From the NCBI RefSeq assembly GCF_009914755.1, contig NC_060947.1: a stretch of 64,000 nucleotides of DNA, one strand, 5' to 3'. Position 1 is the first letter of the stretch. Each line of letters starts with the position of its first letter. The notes below the pieces were generated by a model. That model made no database searches. It saw nothing but the letters and a program-made list of their open reading frames with translations, and was not told the DNA's origin. Origin of the DNA: the human T2T-CHM13v2.0 reference genome, Homo sapiens. The position numbers and the translations under genes were made by a program. Of this stretch, positions 1-13,724 are shown in pieces.

Positions 1-320
1 GGCAATATTAGCACTTCCCTATCAATATTTATTTTTAAACTGAATTGATTATTTCTCTTTGTTGGTAATATCTATTCTATATCATATTATGGTTTCAATT
101 TATATTTCCTTGATGATTAATAATAATGAGCATGCTTTATATACCAAGTAGCCATTTGTATGCCTTAAAAGGAAGAACAAATTAAGCCCAAAGTAGGAGA
201 AAGAAGGAAATATAAAAATTAGAACAGAAATAAATGTACAGAGACTAATGAAATAACAGAAAAGATCAGTAAAACTAGAGTTTGTTTTCTGAAATGATCA
301 ACATATTTGACAAATGCTAA
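1..320. mobile_element. Old L1 ORF2 fragments (about 1-163 minus, about 165-320 plus)
   Basis: L1-like 'ggtttcaatttatatttccttgatgattaataataatgagcat' and 'gaagaacaaattaagcccaaagtaggagaaagaaggaaatataaaaattagaacagaaataaatg'. Confidence 0.65.
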
Positions 321-334
321 GTTATCTATTTACC

Positions 335-1450
335 TGACATAAAAACAGCATACTTCTAGGAAAAAGACATAAGCCACCTTTTTCAGAAGGAGATCCAGTC
401 CCCTTCTATTTTGTAAAGTGACTACTGCCAAGGACTCCATTTTATTTTGTATGATGACAGTACTTTGGGTAATGTCTTCCAAGCTGTCTGAAAGATTCTC
501 GGACAAGCGTTGGTAATAGGATAGGGAAGTTGCAAGGATGCGAGCTCCTGTTCCTAGTCCGTTATTCCTAGTCCTACCAAAAGGGGTATGAGTTGATGGC
601 TCATTTGTGTTGGGTGTTTGCAGTTAAAGAAATAATGAGGGATTGATTTTTGGGAGCTATATTAATCTTGGGGGCTAAATAAACAAGTATACTGGTTCCA
701 GTTCAATTGGCTGGTAAGCATAAGTAGGAACTAGTTGCACACAGGAAAAAGGCTCCTTGTTTTTCAAGACAGAAATTGTTCTGTATGGTGAACATATGGG
801 TCAGCTCTTTGTTTTCGCCTTCCCAAGTGGTTCAGATCCCTGCTAAAGTGGCCAAGAGAAAATATGAACACAACTAATGGGCTTGCCTTGACAGTACTTA
901 GACTATATATCCTTTAAAGTTTTGATATCTAAGGATGGTTTCCATTAAAACTGTACAGGTTTTCTAAATGATGCAGTTTGGGTAAATGCATAGCTTACAT
1001 GATTGTGTGAGGGGTTAATTTCCAGGGCATAGTTGCATTGATGACTTTTCAAGTCTGATCAAAATGTTGACTTTTCTTAAAACAAAGTGGTGACTAGAAT
1101 TTTAGTTCAGTGTTTGTTGATATTGGGCCCAAAATGGGTTTCCGTGAGGATGCAACCCCAGAAAGGTTGCTCTGAGAGGAATGGAGAAGGTTTACTGCTC
1201 ATCTTGCCATTGTAGGTTATTTTTTTCAAGGGCTTAAGATCAGGCTGGGATTGGGATGGTAATGTGTTTGAATAATAATGGAGACAAACAATGCCAACAG
1301 TCCTTTACCAGAGCTGGGCTGGTGGTATTTAACAGTCTTTGCATTAAATTTAAAGTTCTTAATAAATACCCAGAATCCATTAATTGCCAGAGGGATAAAG
1401 TGAGGCCCCACTGTAAAATTAAGCTAATTCCCAATATGCATGGTCCCAGT
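335..1450 (-). pseudogene. env: Degraded gamma-type (HERV-H/F-like) env
   Basis: Manual translation: TLNLMQRLLNTTSPALVKDCWHC (CXXC at 1288-1299); QGAFFLCATSSYLCLPAN*TGTSILVYLAPKINIAP; decayed furin site QHK*AI; fusion peptide QLIPLLVGLGI; ISD LQNRRGLDLL (387-416); EKGGLC..CCFY. Contains stops and frameshifts. Confidence 0.9.
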
Positions 1451-2961
1451 ATACACAGGCTGTGAGTGACCATTAAGAAACAACAACAAAAAATACTTGT
1501 TTTATGTGTTTTTTTTTTTGTTGTTGTTGTTCTATAAAATGGGAACTTCAGGGGGTGGATACCTATGCTGTAAGGAATGCTTGTTATAAAAATGAATTAA
1601 AACACTTTGCTTAATTGTTACAAAAGAAGGGATTCCACCTATTTGGAAGAATGCAACTGAATTGTAAAAATATAAAAATTGCTACTATTATCCAGCTTAC
1701 AGTAACTATGCAACAAAGACACCAAGGAAAGTTAGTAGGCATTTACCTATCTTTTGGCTGTCTTTTAAACAGGTACTTCAGGTCTTCTTCAGGTTCACAG
1801 ATGTAGTGGCTGATGGGAGCTTCAGATTCCAATGGTCTGCAAGACAGAGAAAATTCTAAGGAGGCCTTAGTACTAGACCTTAAAACCTCTACCTGGGGCA
1901 TCCACTTTGGATAGGTTGAGGTCTGGAGCTGGATCCCCTGGGACATCCCACTTTGGGGTCTAATCTTAGAGTGTCAGATATCTCTGACCTTAGGTGGGCA
2001 CTAGGGCCACTTTGTATGTTTTTCCTGCAGAGGTGATAGCCTACTATGAGCTTTCCTTTGCCTCCTAGGTGTAATCCTTGACTTTTAGCATCCCACCGTT
2101 TAGATAGGCTGTATCTTCTTGGATTTAATGAAGGTTCCCAAACATTGCAGAGTTAACAGTACCAAGGTTGGTGGGGTATTCCCCATTACGGAAAGGTCCA
2201 AGGAGTATATAAAAAACTGGGGTTGAGAATTTCTGTGGGATTCAGGGCAAGAAAATTGATGCCAAAGCAATGACCATGAAGCTATGTGGTCCCTTCAGTG
2301 GAGGTCCAAGATGTAGAATGTATTCTAAACCTTGTTGGTCCCAAAGGCCCTTAGCCAGTGAAGTAGATCAAGTAGGAGAAGAGAGGTAACAATGCCTAAG
2401 ATACATTATCTTTTGCCATTACAGGATAACTTTATAGGATAATTTATCATAAGAAAAGTGGGTTTAACTTTCCTGAGATGTGTGTGAATTTGCCCTGGAC
2501 GAGCAGCCACTGCCAATTGCATCAACATAGGGATCAGGGACTATAACTGGAAAAGACAGAAAAGAGTCCTTCCCATTTCTGGGCAGGGCAGCTATCCCCA
2601 TTCACTCCTTGGCCTTCAGGAAACACTGAAGAGTAGACCTAGCCGGGTTGCTTTCAATTACCAAGGAGCTACTAAGAAATGGCCACTGAAAGACTAAGGA
2701 GTTTCAAAAAGGAAAAGAACTCAGGTCCCGCACCCGAACCAGGCATTGGTGGTCAGGTGCTTCCACATGGAAACCTTTCAGTTTCATCAGAGAGTAGCAC
2801 CAGCCAGAAAACTGCAGTCGTGTTCGTGCCTAGGCACTGCCTATCAAGAGTTCCTAGTTAGAAAGGGAAAAAGAGAGAGAGAAAAGGGTTCCCCTGTATG
2901 AAGCAGAGAGGAAAAAGGAAAATGAGAAGAGAAGAAAAACAAATCCCAAACTTTGGGCTTA

Positions 2962-2979
2962 CTCCTGGCTGGCTTGCCA
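2962..2979 (-). promoter_or_regulatory. Primer binding site complementary to tRNA-Arg
   Basis: Plus strand CTCCTGGCTGGCTTGCCA vs tRNA-Arg(ACG) 3' end CTCCTGGCTGGCTCGCCA (17/18), 5 nt from the LTR end. Confidence 0.85.
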
Positions 2980-2984
2980 AAATA

Positions 2985-3497
2985 TGTTACTAGGGGAGGG
3001 TCTTGACTATGAGTCATCCAGGTTCTTGGTGTTTTGAACAAAGAATTGGTGAAAATGCACAAACAAAGCAATGAAAGAATGAAGCAATGAAAGCATAGAT
3101 TTACTGAAACAAAAGTACACTCCACAGAGTGGAAGCCGGCTTGAGCAAGTGGCTAGAGAGGGCTGGTTACAGAATTTTCTGGGGTTTAAATACCCTCTAG
3201 AGGTTTCCCATTGGTTACTTGGCTACATGCTATGTAAATGAAGACTTGACCTGTAACCAGTCTGATTGGTTGCAGGAGACAACCAATCGGAGGCTGAAGT
3301 GAAATTACAAAGTTACACATGGGGACATGGCACATGACCAGACTCAGTAGAAAAGGGGGTGGGGGTGCAAAGGGAGTAGCCTCTGATCCTTTTGTCACTT
3401 GGGGGGAGATGTAGGGTTTTCCTTTTGATTCAGTTCTAGGAAGTCAGCATGAATCAGTCTTAAGTTCTCTGCCTTCAGACCCGATTCTCCTGCCTCA
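2985..3497 (-). mobile_element. MER51-like 5' LTR (ERV1)
   Basis: Reverse complement begins TGAGGCAGGAGAATCGGGTCTGAAGGCAGAGAAC (MER51-type start) and ends TAACA; contains CCAAT motifs. Confidence 0.85.
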
Positions 3498-3569
3498 ACT
3501 TTGTCCTTTAACTGCCTACTTTGTCTTTGTTTGCATGAGAGAGACATAAACTATCTCATTTAAGCTGCC

Positions 3570-3860
3570 ATTGCTTCTGAATAAGAAGGTTGATGGCCAA
3601 GGACCCATGTTGCCTATTCTACCATTTTCACTAGCCAAATGGATGTCTTAAAACTTGCATAAATTTTTCTCCACTAAACTCATTTTCAAATTAAAATTTA
3701 TGTATATGTATCTGATTGGATAAACAAATTCATATCTCTGCTGTAAGCAGAATAGGAAAATGATAATTTTTAGCTTTTCAGACTCGCAATACAGCAATGC
3801 ACATTAGAAGGTTAGGATGGCTGATGAGCAAGTCAATTCAGATTATTCAACACTCACATG
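3570..3860. mobile_element. Old ERVL-type LTR fragment (LTR33-like)
   Basis: 'gtatctgattgg...aatttttagcttttcagactc...cacattagaagg' resembles LTR33. Confidence 0.45.
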
Positions 3861-4269
3861 TTATTTCATTTGTATTATGCAAGCACAAGTATGATTTATT
3901 GAAAAAATTGTGCTTGCTTTTGGGACATAATGTATAGTAACAAAGAGACAGAGAGTTAACTCTGGGTTTTGCACCAAAAATAAATAATTTTTTTTATATT
4001 TTATTTAATTTTTTTGAAAGTATATTTTATTTTATTTTAATTTTTATTTTAGGTTCAGGGGGTACAAATGCAGGCTTATTACATGGGTAAATTGTGTGGC
4101 ACTGAGTTTTGCTGTACAAATAATTTCTTCACCAAGGTAGTGAACACAGTGCCTGATAGGTTGTACTTAAAACACTCACATCCTGCTTCGTTCCCTGCTC
4201 AAGGAGGCCCTGGTGTCTATTGTTCGCATCTTTGTGTCTATGTGTAGTCAGTGATTAGCTCCCACTTAT

Positions 4270-4812
4270 TTATTGGCATAAATATATATTATATATTTAA
4301 TATAAATATATTCATGGGTCTTTTTAACTTTTAGTTTAGGTTCAGGGGTACAAATGCAGGTTTGTTACACAGGTAAACTTTCGTAATATGGCTTTGTTGT
4401 ATAGATTATTTCTTTACCAAGGTAATGAGCCTAGTACTTATTAGTTATTTTTCCTGATCCTCTCCCTCCTCCCGCTCTCCACCCTCTGAATGGCCCCAGT
4501 ATGTGTTGTTTCTCTCATGTGTTCACGTGTTCTCTTCTTTTAGCACCTCAAAGCAAAAACTGACAAATTGGATTTAATTAAACTAAAGAGCTTTTGCACA
4601 GCAAAAGAAACTATCAACAGAGTAAACAGACAACTTGTAGAATAGAAGAAAATTTTTGCAAACTATGCATCTGACAGAGGTCTAACATCCAGCATTTATA
4701 AGGAACTTAAACCAATTTACAAGAGAAAAACACACAACCCTATTAAAAAGTGGGCAAAGGACATAACACTTTTCAAAATAAGACACACCTGTGGCCAAAA
4801 ATCATATATAAA
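4270..4812 (-). mobile_element. 5'-inverted L1 (L1PA11-13-like) with possible short 3' transduction
   Basis: Minus-strand 3' UTR 4320-4545, plus-strand ORF2 piece about 4550-4812; TSD attagctcccacttat (4254-4269) / attagctctcgcttat (4813-4828). Confidence 0.85.
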
Positions 4813-6237
4813 ATTAGCTCTCGCTTATAAGTGAGAACATGTGGTATTTGGTTTTCTGTTTCTGCCTTAATTCACTTAGGATAATGGCCTCCAGCTGAAT
4901 CCATGTTGCTGCAAAGAAAATGATTTTTTTAAGGTTGCAAAGTATTCTATAATGTATATGTACCATATTTTCTTTATCTACCCTACCATTGATGATCATC
5001 TAGGTTGATTTAATGACTTGCTATTGTGAATATTGCTGCAGTGAACAAGTGCGTATGTCTTTTTGGTAGAAAGATTTATATTGCTTTAGGTATAGACACA
5101 GTAATGAGATCATTGGGTCCAATAGTAACTTCATTTCAAATTTTTTGAGAAACCTCCGAACTGCTTTTGGTGGCTGAACTCATTTACATTTTGAGTAAAA
5201 TTGTATAAACATTCTCTTTTCTCTGCAACCTCTCCACCATCTGTTATTTTTTGACTTTTTGATAATAGCCATCCTGACTGATGTGAAATGGTATCTCATT
5301 GTGGTTTTGATTTGCATTTCTTTAATAATTAGTGATGTTGAGCATTTTCTCATATGCTTGTTGGCCACATGTATGTCTTTTGAGGAGAATGTTCATTTTT
5401 TTTGGCCATTTTTCAATGGGGTTGTTCGTTTTGTGCTTGTCGATTTAAGTTCCTTATAGATTCTGGAAATTACACTTTTGTCAGATGCCTAGTTTGGAAA
5501 TATTTTGCCCATTTTGTAGGTTGTTTGTTTACCCTGTTCATAGTTTATTTTTCTGTACACAAGCTTTTTTTTATGGTTAGGTCCCATGTGTCTATTTTTG
5601 CATTGTTGCAATTGCTTTTGGATACTTTGTCATGAAATCTTTGCCAAGTCCTATTCCAGAATGGTATTTCCTAGGTTTTCTTCTAGGGTTTTTATAGTTT
5701 TAGGTTTTAGATTTAACTATTTAATCCACGTTGGTTTAATTTTTGTATATGGTAAAAGGAAGGGATAAGTGGAGAATTCCTCTGACTACTCCTGCCATCA
5801 TGACTCCTAGGTTCTTTTCTAGTCTGTGTGCCATTTCAATTATCTGCATATGGCTAGCCAGTTACCTCAACACCATTTATTGAATGGGGAATTCATTGCT
5901 TATTGCTAGTCATTGTTGAAGCTGTTGAAGATCAGATGGTTGTAGGTGAGCGGCTTTATTTATGGGTCTGTAGCCTGTTCCTTTGGTCTATGTGTCTGTT
6001 TTCGTACCAATATCATGCTGTTTTGGATACCGTAACCTCCTAATACAGATTGAAGTTGAGTAAAGTGATGTTTCCAGCTCTGTTCTTCTAGCTTAGGATT
6101 GTTTTGACTATTCAGACTATTTTTGGTTCCATATGAATTTTAGATTAGTTTGTTCTAATTCTGTGAAAAATGGCATTGGTAGTTTGTTAAGAACAGCACT
6201 GAACCCATAAATTGCTTTGGATAGTATAGCTACATTT

Positions 6238-6533
6238 TTTTTTAATTTTTAATTTTTGTGAGTATGCAAATTAGTATGACCACTGTGTAAAACAGTTTGG
6301 AGGTTCTCAAAAAATTAAAAATAGAGCTACCATATCATCCAGCAATCCCACTGCTGGGCATATGCCTAAAACAAAGGAAATCAGTATATCAAAGAGATAT
6401 CTGCACTCCCACATTTGTTTCAATAATGTTCACAATAGCTGAAATTTGAAAGTAACCAAAGTGTCCATCAACAGACAAAAGGATAAAGCAAATGTGGTAC
6501 ATATACACAATGGAGTACTATTCAGCCATAAAA
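6238..6533 (-). mobile_element. 5'-inverted L1MA/L1PB-type fragment
   Basis: About 25-bp minus-strand 3' end, then plus-strand ORF2 end 6264-6533; TSD agtatagctacattt / agtatagtcattt. Confidence 0.75.
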
Positions 6534-9167
6534 AGTATAGTCATTTAAAAAATATTGATTCTTTTAATTCATGAGAATGGATTTGCATTTGGGTTGTCTC
6601 TTACTTCTTTCAGCAGTGTTATGTAATTCTGATTGTAGAGAGCTTTCACTTACCTAATTAGTTGTGTTTATAGGTATTTTATTCTTTTTTGTGGCTATTG
6701 TGAATGTTATTAGTTTCTTGATGTGGCTCTCAGCTTATTATTATTATTATTATTGTTGTACAGAAATGCTACTAGTTTTTGTACATTAACCTTGTATCTT
6801 GAAACTTTACTGAAGTTGTTTATCAGTTCTAAGAGCGTTTGGGAAGAGACCATGAGGTTTTATAGGTATAGAATCATATTGTCTGTGAAGAGAGATAGAT
6901 TGCCTTCCATTCTTCCTATTTGGATGTCTTTTATTTCTTTATTTTTCTGATTTCTTTGGCTAGGATTTCCAGAACTATTGGTAATATGAGTGCTGGGAGT
7001 GAGCATCCTTGGCTTGTTCTGGTTCTCCAGGAGGATGGTTCCAGTTTTCAGTCATTCAGTAAGATGTTGGCTGTGGGTTTGTCATAGGTGGCTCATATTA
7101 TTTGAGGTGTGTTTCTTCAATGCCTAGTTTGTTGAGTGCTATTAATATGGAGGGATATTAAATTTTATTGAAACCCTTTTCTGCATCTATTGAGATTATC
7201 ATGTGTTATTATGTGCTCATAATAGTCTCTGAGGTATTTTTGTATTTTTGTGGGTCCAGTGGTAACTTCCCCATTTGTCACTTCTGATAGTGTTTATTTG
7301 GACATTCTTTTTTTTTCTCCATATCAATTTACCTACTGGCCTATCAATTCTTTTTATTCTTGTGAAGAAACAACTCTTTATTTCATTGATCTCTTTTATA
7401 CATTCTCCTGTCTCAATTTTATTCAGTTCAGCTCTGATTTTAGTAATTTTCTACTTCTAGCTTTAGGGTTGATTTGTTCTTGTTCTTCTAGTCCTTGCAG
7501 GTGTGATTTTACGTTGCTCACTAGCGATCTTTCTAACTTTCTGATGTGGGTATTTAATACTATCAACTTTTCTTTTAACTCTGCTTTATATGTGTCCCAG
7601 AGATTCTTGTATGTTTTATATTGTTTTCATTAGTTTAAAAAAATTTCTTGATTTCAGCCTTAATTTTATTGTTCACTCAAAAGTCATTCAGAAACAAGTT
7701 GTTTAATTTTTATGTAGTTGTATGGTTTCAAGGTATGTTCTTTGTATTGATTTATATTTTTATTGTGCTGTAGTCTGAGAATGTGGTTGTTATGATTTCA
7801 GCTTTTAAAAAAATTGTGGGATATTACTTTATAGCTAAGTATGTAGTCAATCTCAGAGTATGTGCCATGTGCAAATGGGAAGAATTTATATTCTGTTGTT
7901 GTGTAGAGTATTCTGTAGATGTTTGTTATGTTCATTTGATCAAGTGTCAAGTTTAGGTCCTGAATATCTTTGTTACTTTTCTGCCTTGATGATCTAATAC
8001 TGTCAGTGGGATGTTGTAGTCTTCCACTATTATTGTGTGATTATATAAGCTTTTTCATAGGTGCCTAAGAACTTGTTTTATAAATCAGAGTGTTTCAGTG
8101 TTGGGTGCATATACATTTAGGAAAGTTAAGTCTCCTTGTTGAATTTAACCCTTTATCATTATGTAATGCCATTCTTTTCTCTTTTTAATAATTGTTGGTT
8201 TAAAGTTTATTTTGTCTGAAAGAAGCTAGCATGCCCTGCTCTTTTTTGTTTTCTGTTGCTTGATAGTTCTTTCTTCATCTTTTTACATTGAGCCTATATA
8301 TGTCATTGCATATGAGAAGGGTCTCTTGAAGATGGCACAGAGTTGATCTTGCTTCTTTATCTACTTTGCCACTCTATGTCTTTTAAGTGGGATGTTTAGC
8401 CTGTTTACATTTAAGGTTAATATTTATACGTGTGAATTTGATTTTGCCACTGTATTGTTAGCTGATTGTTATGTAGACTTGATTGTGTAATTGCTTTATA
8501 CTGTCAATGGGCTATGTACTTAAGTATATTTTTGTGGTGGCAGGTACAGATCTTTTGTTTCTATGTTTAGTACTCCCTTAAGGACCTGTTGCAAGGCACG
8601 TCTGGTGGTAATAAATTACCTTGGCATTCATTTGTTTGAAAAGGATTTTATTTCCTCTTTGTTTATGAAGATTCATTTGATTGAATATAAAATTTTTTGA
8701 TTAAAATTTTATTTCTTTAAACATGCTTCCAATCTCTTCTGGGTCATAAGGTTTTTGTTAAAATATCTGCTCTTAGCCTAATGGGGTTCCCTTTATATGA
8801 GACCTGCCTCTTCTTTTTAGCTATCATTAATATTTTTTCTTATGCATTGAACTTGGATAATCTCATGATTTCATGTTTTGGGATGGTCATGTTGTAGAGT
8901 ATCTCTCAGTTGTTCTGTGAATTTCCTGACTTCAGAGAGACATGTCAGCCTCTCCAGTAAGTTTGAGGAAATTTTTGTGAACAATATTCTTAAATATGTT
9001 CCCCAAGTTTCTCACTCTATCTTCCTCTCTTTCATAAATTTCAGTGGTCATAGGTTAGGTCTCTTTATATAGTCCCATAATTTTTCAGAGGTTTTGTACC
9101 TTTTTAAATCTTTTTCTTCATTTTTGTCTGCTTGCATTGATTCAAAGGAGCAGTATTTGAGCTCTGA

Positions 9168-9488
<321 letters not shown>

Positions 9489-9793
9489 TCTTTTTCTATT
9501 TTTTTTTTTTTTGTGCTTCTGCTTGCATTATGAAATTCTTTTGGTGAATATTTCAGTTACAGAAGTTCAGTTTGGTTGTTTCTTTAAATGCTTATGTCAT
9601 CTTTCAACTCTTGAATCATTTTACTGCTGTATTATTTCATTGCTATAAAGAACTACCTGAGACTGGATAATGTATGAAGAAATGCGGTTTAATTGACTCA
9701 CAGTTAAGTAGGCTTAACAGGAAGCATAACTGGGAGGCATCAGGAAAGTTACAGTTATAGTGAAAGGTGAAGGAAAAGCAAAGACATTCTTCA

Positions 9794-10480
<687 letters not shown>

Positions 10481-11721
10481 ATTCATCAGATCTTGTGAGA
10501 ACTCACTCACTATTATAAGAAGAGTAAAGGGGCAGTCCGTCCCCATGATCCAATCACTTCCTGCCAGGCTCCTCTTCCAATTTGGCATGAGATTTTGGTA
10601 AGAACACAAACCCAAACCATATCATTCCACCCCTGGTCCCTCCCAAATCTCATGTCCTTGTCACATTTCAAAACACAATCATGCTTTCCCAACAGTCCCC
10701 CAAAGTCTTTACTCATTCCAGCATCAACCGAATAGTCCAAGTCCAATGTGTCATTTTTGACTGACACAAGGCAAGTCCCTTTTTCCTTGCCTTGTTGTTA
10801 AATCATAAAGAAGTTAGTTAGATGCAACGGGGGCAAAAGCATTGGGTAAATGCTCCTGTTCCAAATGGGAGAAATTTGCCAAAACCAAGGGGATACAGGA
10901 CCCATGCAAGTCCAAAACCCAGCAAGGCAGTCATTAAATCTTAAAGATTTAAATTAATTTCCTTTGACTATATTTCTCACATGCAGGGCACACTGTTGCA
11001 AGGGGTGGGCTCCCAAGGCCTTGGGAAGCTCCACCTCTGTGGCTCTGCTGTGTACAGTCCTCATGGCTGCTTTTGTGTCTGACTTTGAGTACCTGTAGCT
11101 TCTCCAGATGCACAGTGCAAGCTGTAAGTGGATCTGCCAATTTGGGGTTTGGACAGTGGTGGCCCTCTTTTCACAGCTCTACTAGGCAGTGCCCCAGTGG
11201 GGACTCTGTATGAGGGCTCCAAACCCACATGTGCCCTCCACGTTGTCCTAGTAGAGGTTTTCCATAAGGGCTCCACCTCCACAGCAGACTTCTGTGTGGA
11301 CATCCAGGTGTTTCCATACACCCTGTGAAATCTAGGTTCCCAATCTCAACTCTTGCCTTCTGTGTACCCACAGGCCCAACACCACTTAGAGACTGCCAAG
11401 GCTTGGGGCTTGCACCCTCTGAAGCCATGGCCTGAGCTGCACCTTGGCCCTTTTTAGCCAGAGCTGGAGGTGGAGTGGCTGGGACACAGGGCAACATGTC
11501 CCAAGGCTGCACAGAGCAGCTGGGATATTGGCCTGGCCCTTGAAACCATTTTTCCTTCCTAGGCCTCTGGGCCTGTGATGGGAGGGGCTGCTGTGAAGGT
11601 CCCTAAAATGTCCTGGAAACATTTTCCCCATTGTCTTGGCTATTAACATTTGTCTCCTCTTTACTTATGCAAATTTCTGCAGCTGGCTTGAATTCCTCCC
11701 CCAGAAAATGGGATTTTCTTT

Positions 11722-12734
11722 ATATATATTCTACTTTAAGTTCTGGGATACATGTGCAGAATGTGCAGGTTTGTTACATAGGTATACAAGTTTGCTGCAC
11801 CTATCAACCTGTCTTCTAGGTTTTAAGCCCAGCATGCATAAGATATTTGTCCTAATGCTCTCCCTCTCCTTTCCCTTCACCCCCCAACAGGCCCCTGTGT
11901 GTGATGTTCCCCTCCCTGTGTCCATGTGTTCTCATAATTCAACTCCCACTTATGAGTGAGAACATGCAGTGTTTGGTTTTCTGTTCCTGTGTTAGTTTGC
12001 TGAGAATGATGGCTTCCAGTTTCATGCATGTCCCTGCAAAGGACATGAACTTATTCTTTCTTATGGCTGCATAGTATTTCATGGTGTATATGTGCCATGT
12101 TTTCTTTATCCAGTCTATTACTGATGGGCATTTGGGTTGGTTCCAAGTCTTTGCTATTATAAATAGTGCTGCAATAAACATACATGTGCATGTATCTTTA
12201 TAGCAGCATGATTTATGATCCTTTGGGTATATACCCAGTAATGGGATTGCTGGGTCAAATGATATTTCTGCTTCTAGATCATTGAGGAATTGCCACACTG
12301 TCTTCCACAATGGTTGGACTAATTTACACTCCCACCATCAGTGTAAAAGTGTTCCTATTTCTCCACATCCTCTCCAGAGTCTGTTGTTTCCTGTCTTTTT
12401 AATGATTGCCATTCTAACTGGCATGAAATGATATCTCATCATGGTTTTGATTTGCATTTCTCTAATGACCAGTGATGAAGAGCTTTTTTTCATATGTTTG
12501 TTGGCTGCATAATTGTCTTCTTTTGATAAGTGTCTGTTCATATCGTTTGCCCACTTTTTGATAGGGTTGTTGTTTTCTTTCTCATAAATTTGTTTAAGTT
12601 CCTTGTAGATTCTGGATATTAGACCTTTGTAAGATGGGTAGATTGGAAAAATTTTCTCCCATTCTGTAGGTTGCCTGTTCACTCTGATGAGTTTCTTTTG
12701 CTGAGCAGAAGCTCCTTAGTTTAATTAGATTCCT
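11722..12734 (-). mobile_element. 5'-truncated L1 (L1PA8-like) inside MST internal region
   Basis: ORF2 C-terminus (track ORFs 11939..12310, 12338..12682); perfect 17-bp TSD aaaatgggattttcttt (11705-11721, 12735-12751). Confidence 0.95.
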
Positions 12735-13283
12735 AAAATGGGATTTTCTTTTCTGCCACATGGCTGGGCTGCAAATTTTCCAAACTTTTATGCCCTGCTT
12801 CCCTTTTAAATATAAATTCTAGTTTCAGAGAATGTCTTTGTCAATGCATATGAGCCTACACTTTTAGAAACAGCTAGGTCATATTTTGAATGCATTGCTG
12901 CTTATAAATTTCTTCCTCCAGGCACCCTAAATCATCGCTTTCAAGTTCAAAGTTCCACAGATCTCTAGGGCAAAAGCAAAAAGCAAAATGCTGCCAGTCT
13001 CTTTGCTAAAGCATAGCAAGAGTGACCTTTACTTCAGTTCCCAATTAGTTTCTCATCTCTATCTGAGACTACCTCAGCTTGGACTTCACTGTCTATATCC
13101 TATCATCATTTTGGTCAAAACCATTCAACAAGTCTCTAGGAAGTTCCAAACATACCTACATATTTCTGTCTTCTTCTGAGCCCTCCAAACTGTTTCAGTC
13201 TCTGCCTGTTGCCCAGTTCCAAAGTTGCTTCCACATTTTCAGGTATCTTTATAGCAGTGCCTCACTCCTGGTTTCAATTTTCT

Positions 13284-13286
13284 TTC

Positions 13287-13365
<79 letters not shown>

Positions 13366-13445
13366 TTTTCTCTCTTTCTTTCCTTCTTTCCTCCTTTCCT
13401 TCTTTCCTTCTTTCCTTCTTCCTTCCTTCCTTTTTTTTTTTTTTT
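13284..13445. repeat. (TTTC)n/(TTCC)n microsatellite
   Basis: Seen directly; polypyrimidine tract. Confidence 0.95.
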
Positions 13446-13724
13446 GAAACAGAGTCTTGTTCCATTGCCCAGGAGTGCAGTGGTGTGACCTTGGCTCACT
13501 GCAACCCCTGCCTACCAGGTTCAAGTGATTATCGTACCTCAGCCTCCCTAGTAGCTGGGATTACAGAAGCGTGCCACCACACCTGACTAATTTTTGTATT
13601 TTTTTGCAGAGATGGGGTTTAACCATGTTCGCCCTGCTGGTCTTGATCTCCTGACTACAAGTGATCCTGCTGCCTTGACCTCCCAAGGTGCTGAGATTAC
13701 TGGCATGAACCATCATGCCTTGCC
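13284..13724 (-). mobile_element. AluS with tail expanded into (TTTC)n/(TTCC)n
   Basis: 16-bp TSD ctggtttcaattttct (13268-13283, 13725-13740). Confidence 0.9.

Larger units (their letters stand above)
330..2984 (-). mobile_element. ERV1 internal region (MER51/MER4-group), gag-pol largely deleted, 3' end truncated
   Basis: Directly follows the LTR and PBS; contains an env remnant; no 3' LTR seen before the L1 at about 320. Confidence 0.85.

Noticed and set aside
2962-2979. tRNA-Arg gene fragment
   Set aside because: Only 18 nt and adjacent to an LTR; it is the retroviral primer binding site.
13079-13586. FLSF-rich and KER-rich ORFs
   Set aside because: Translations of the (TTTC)n microsatellite and adjacent Alu.
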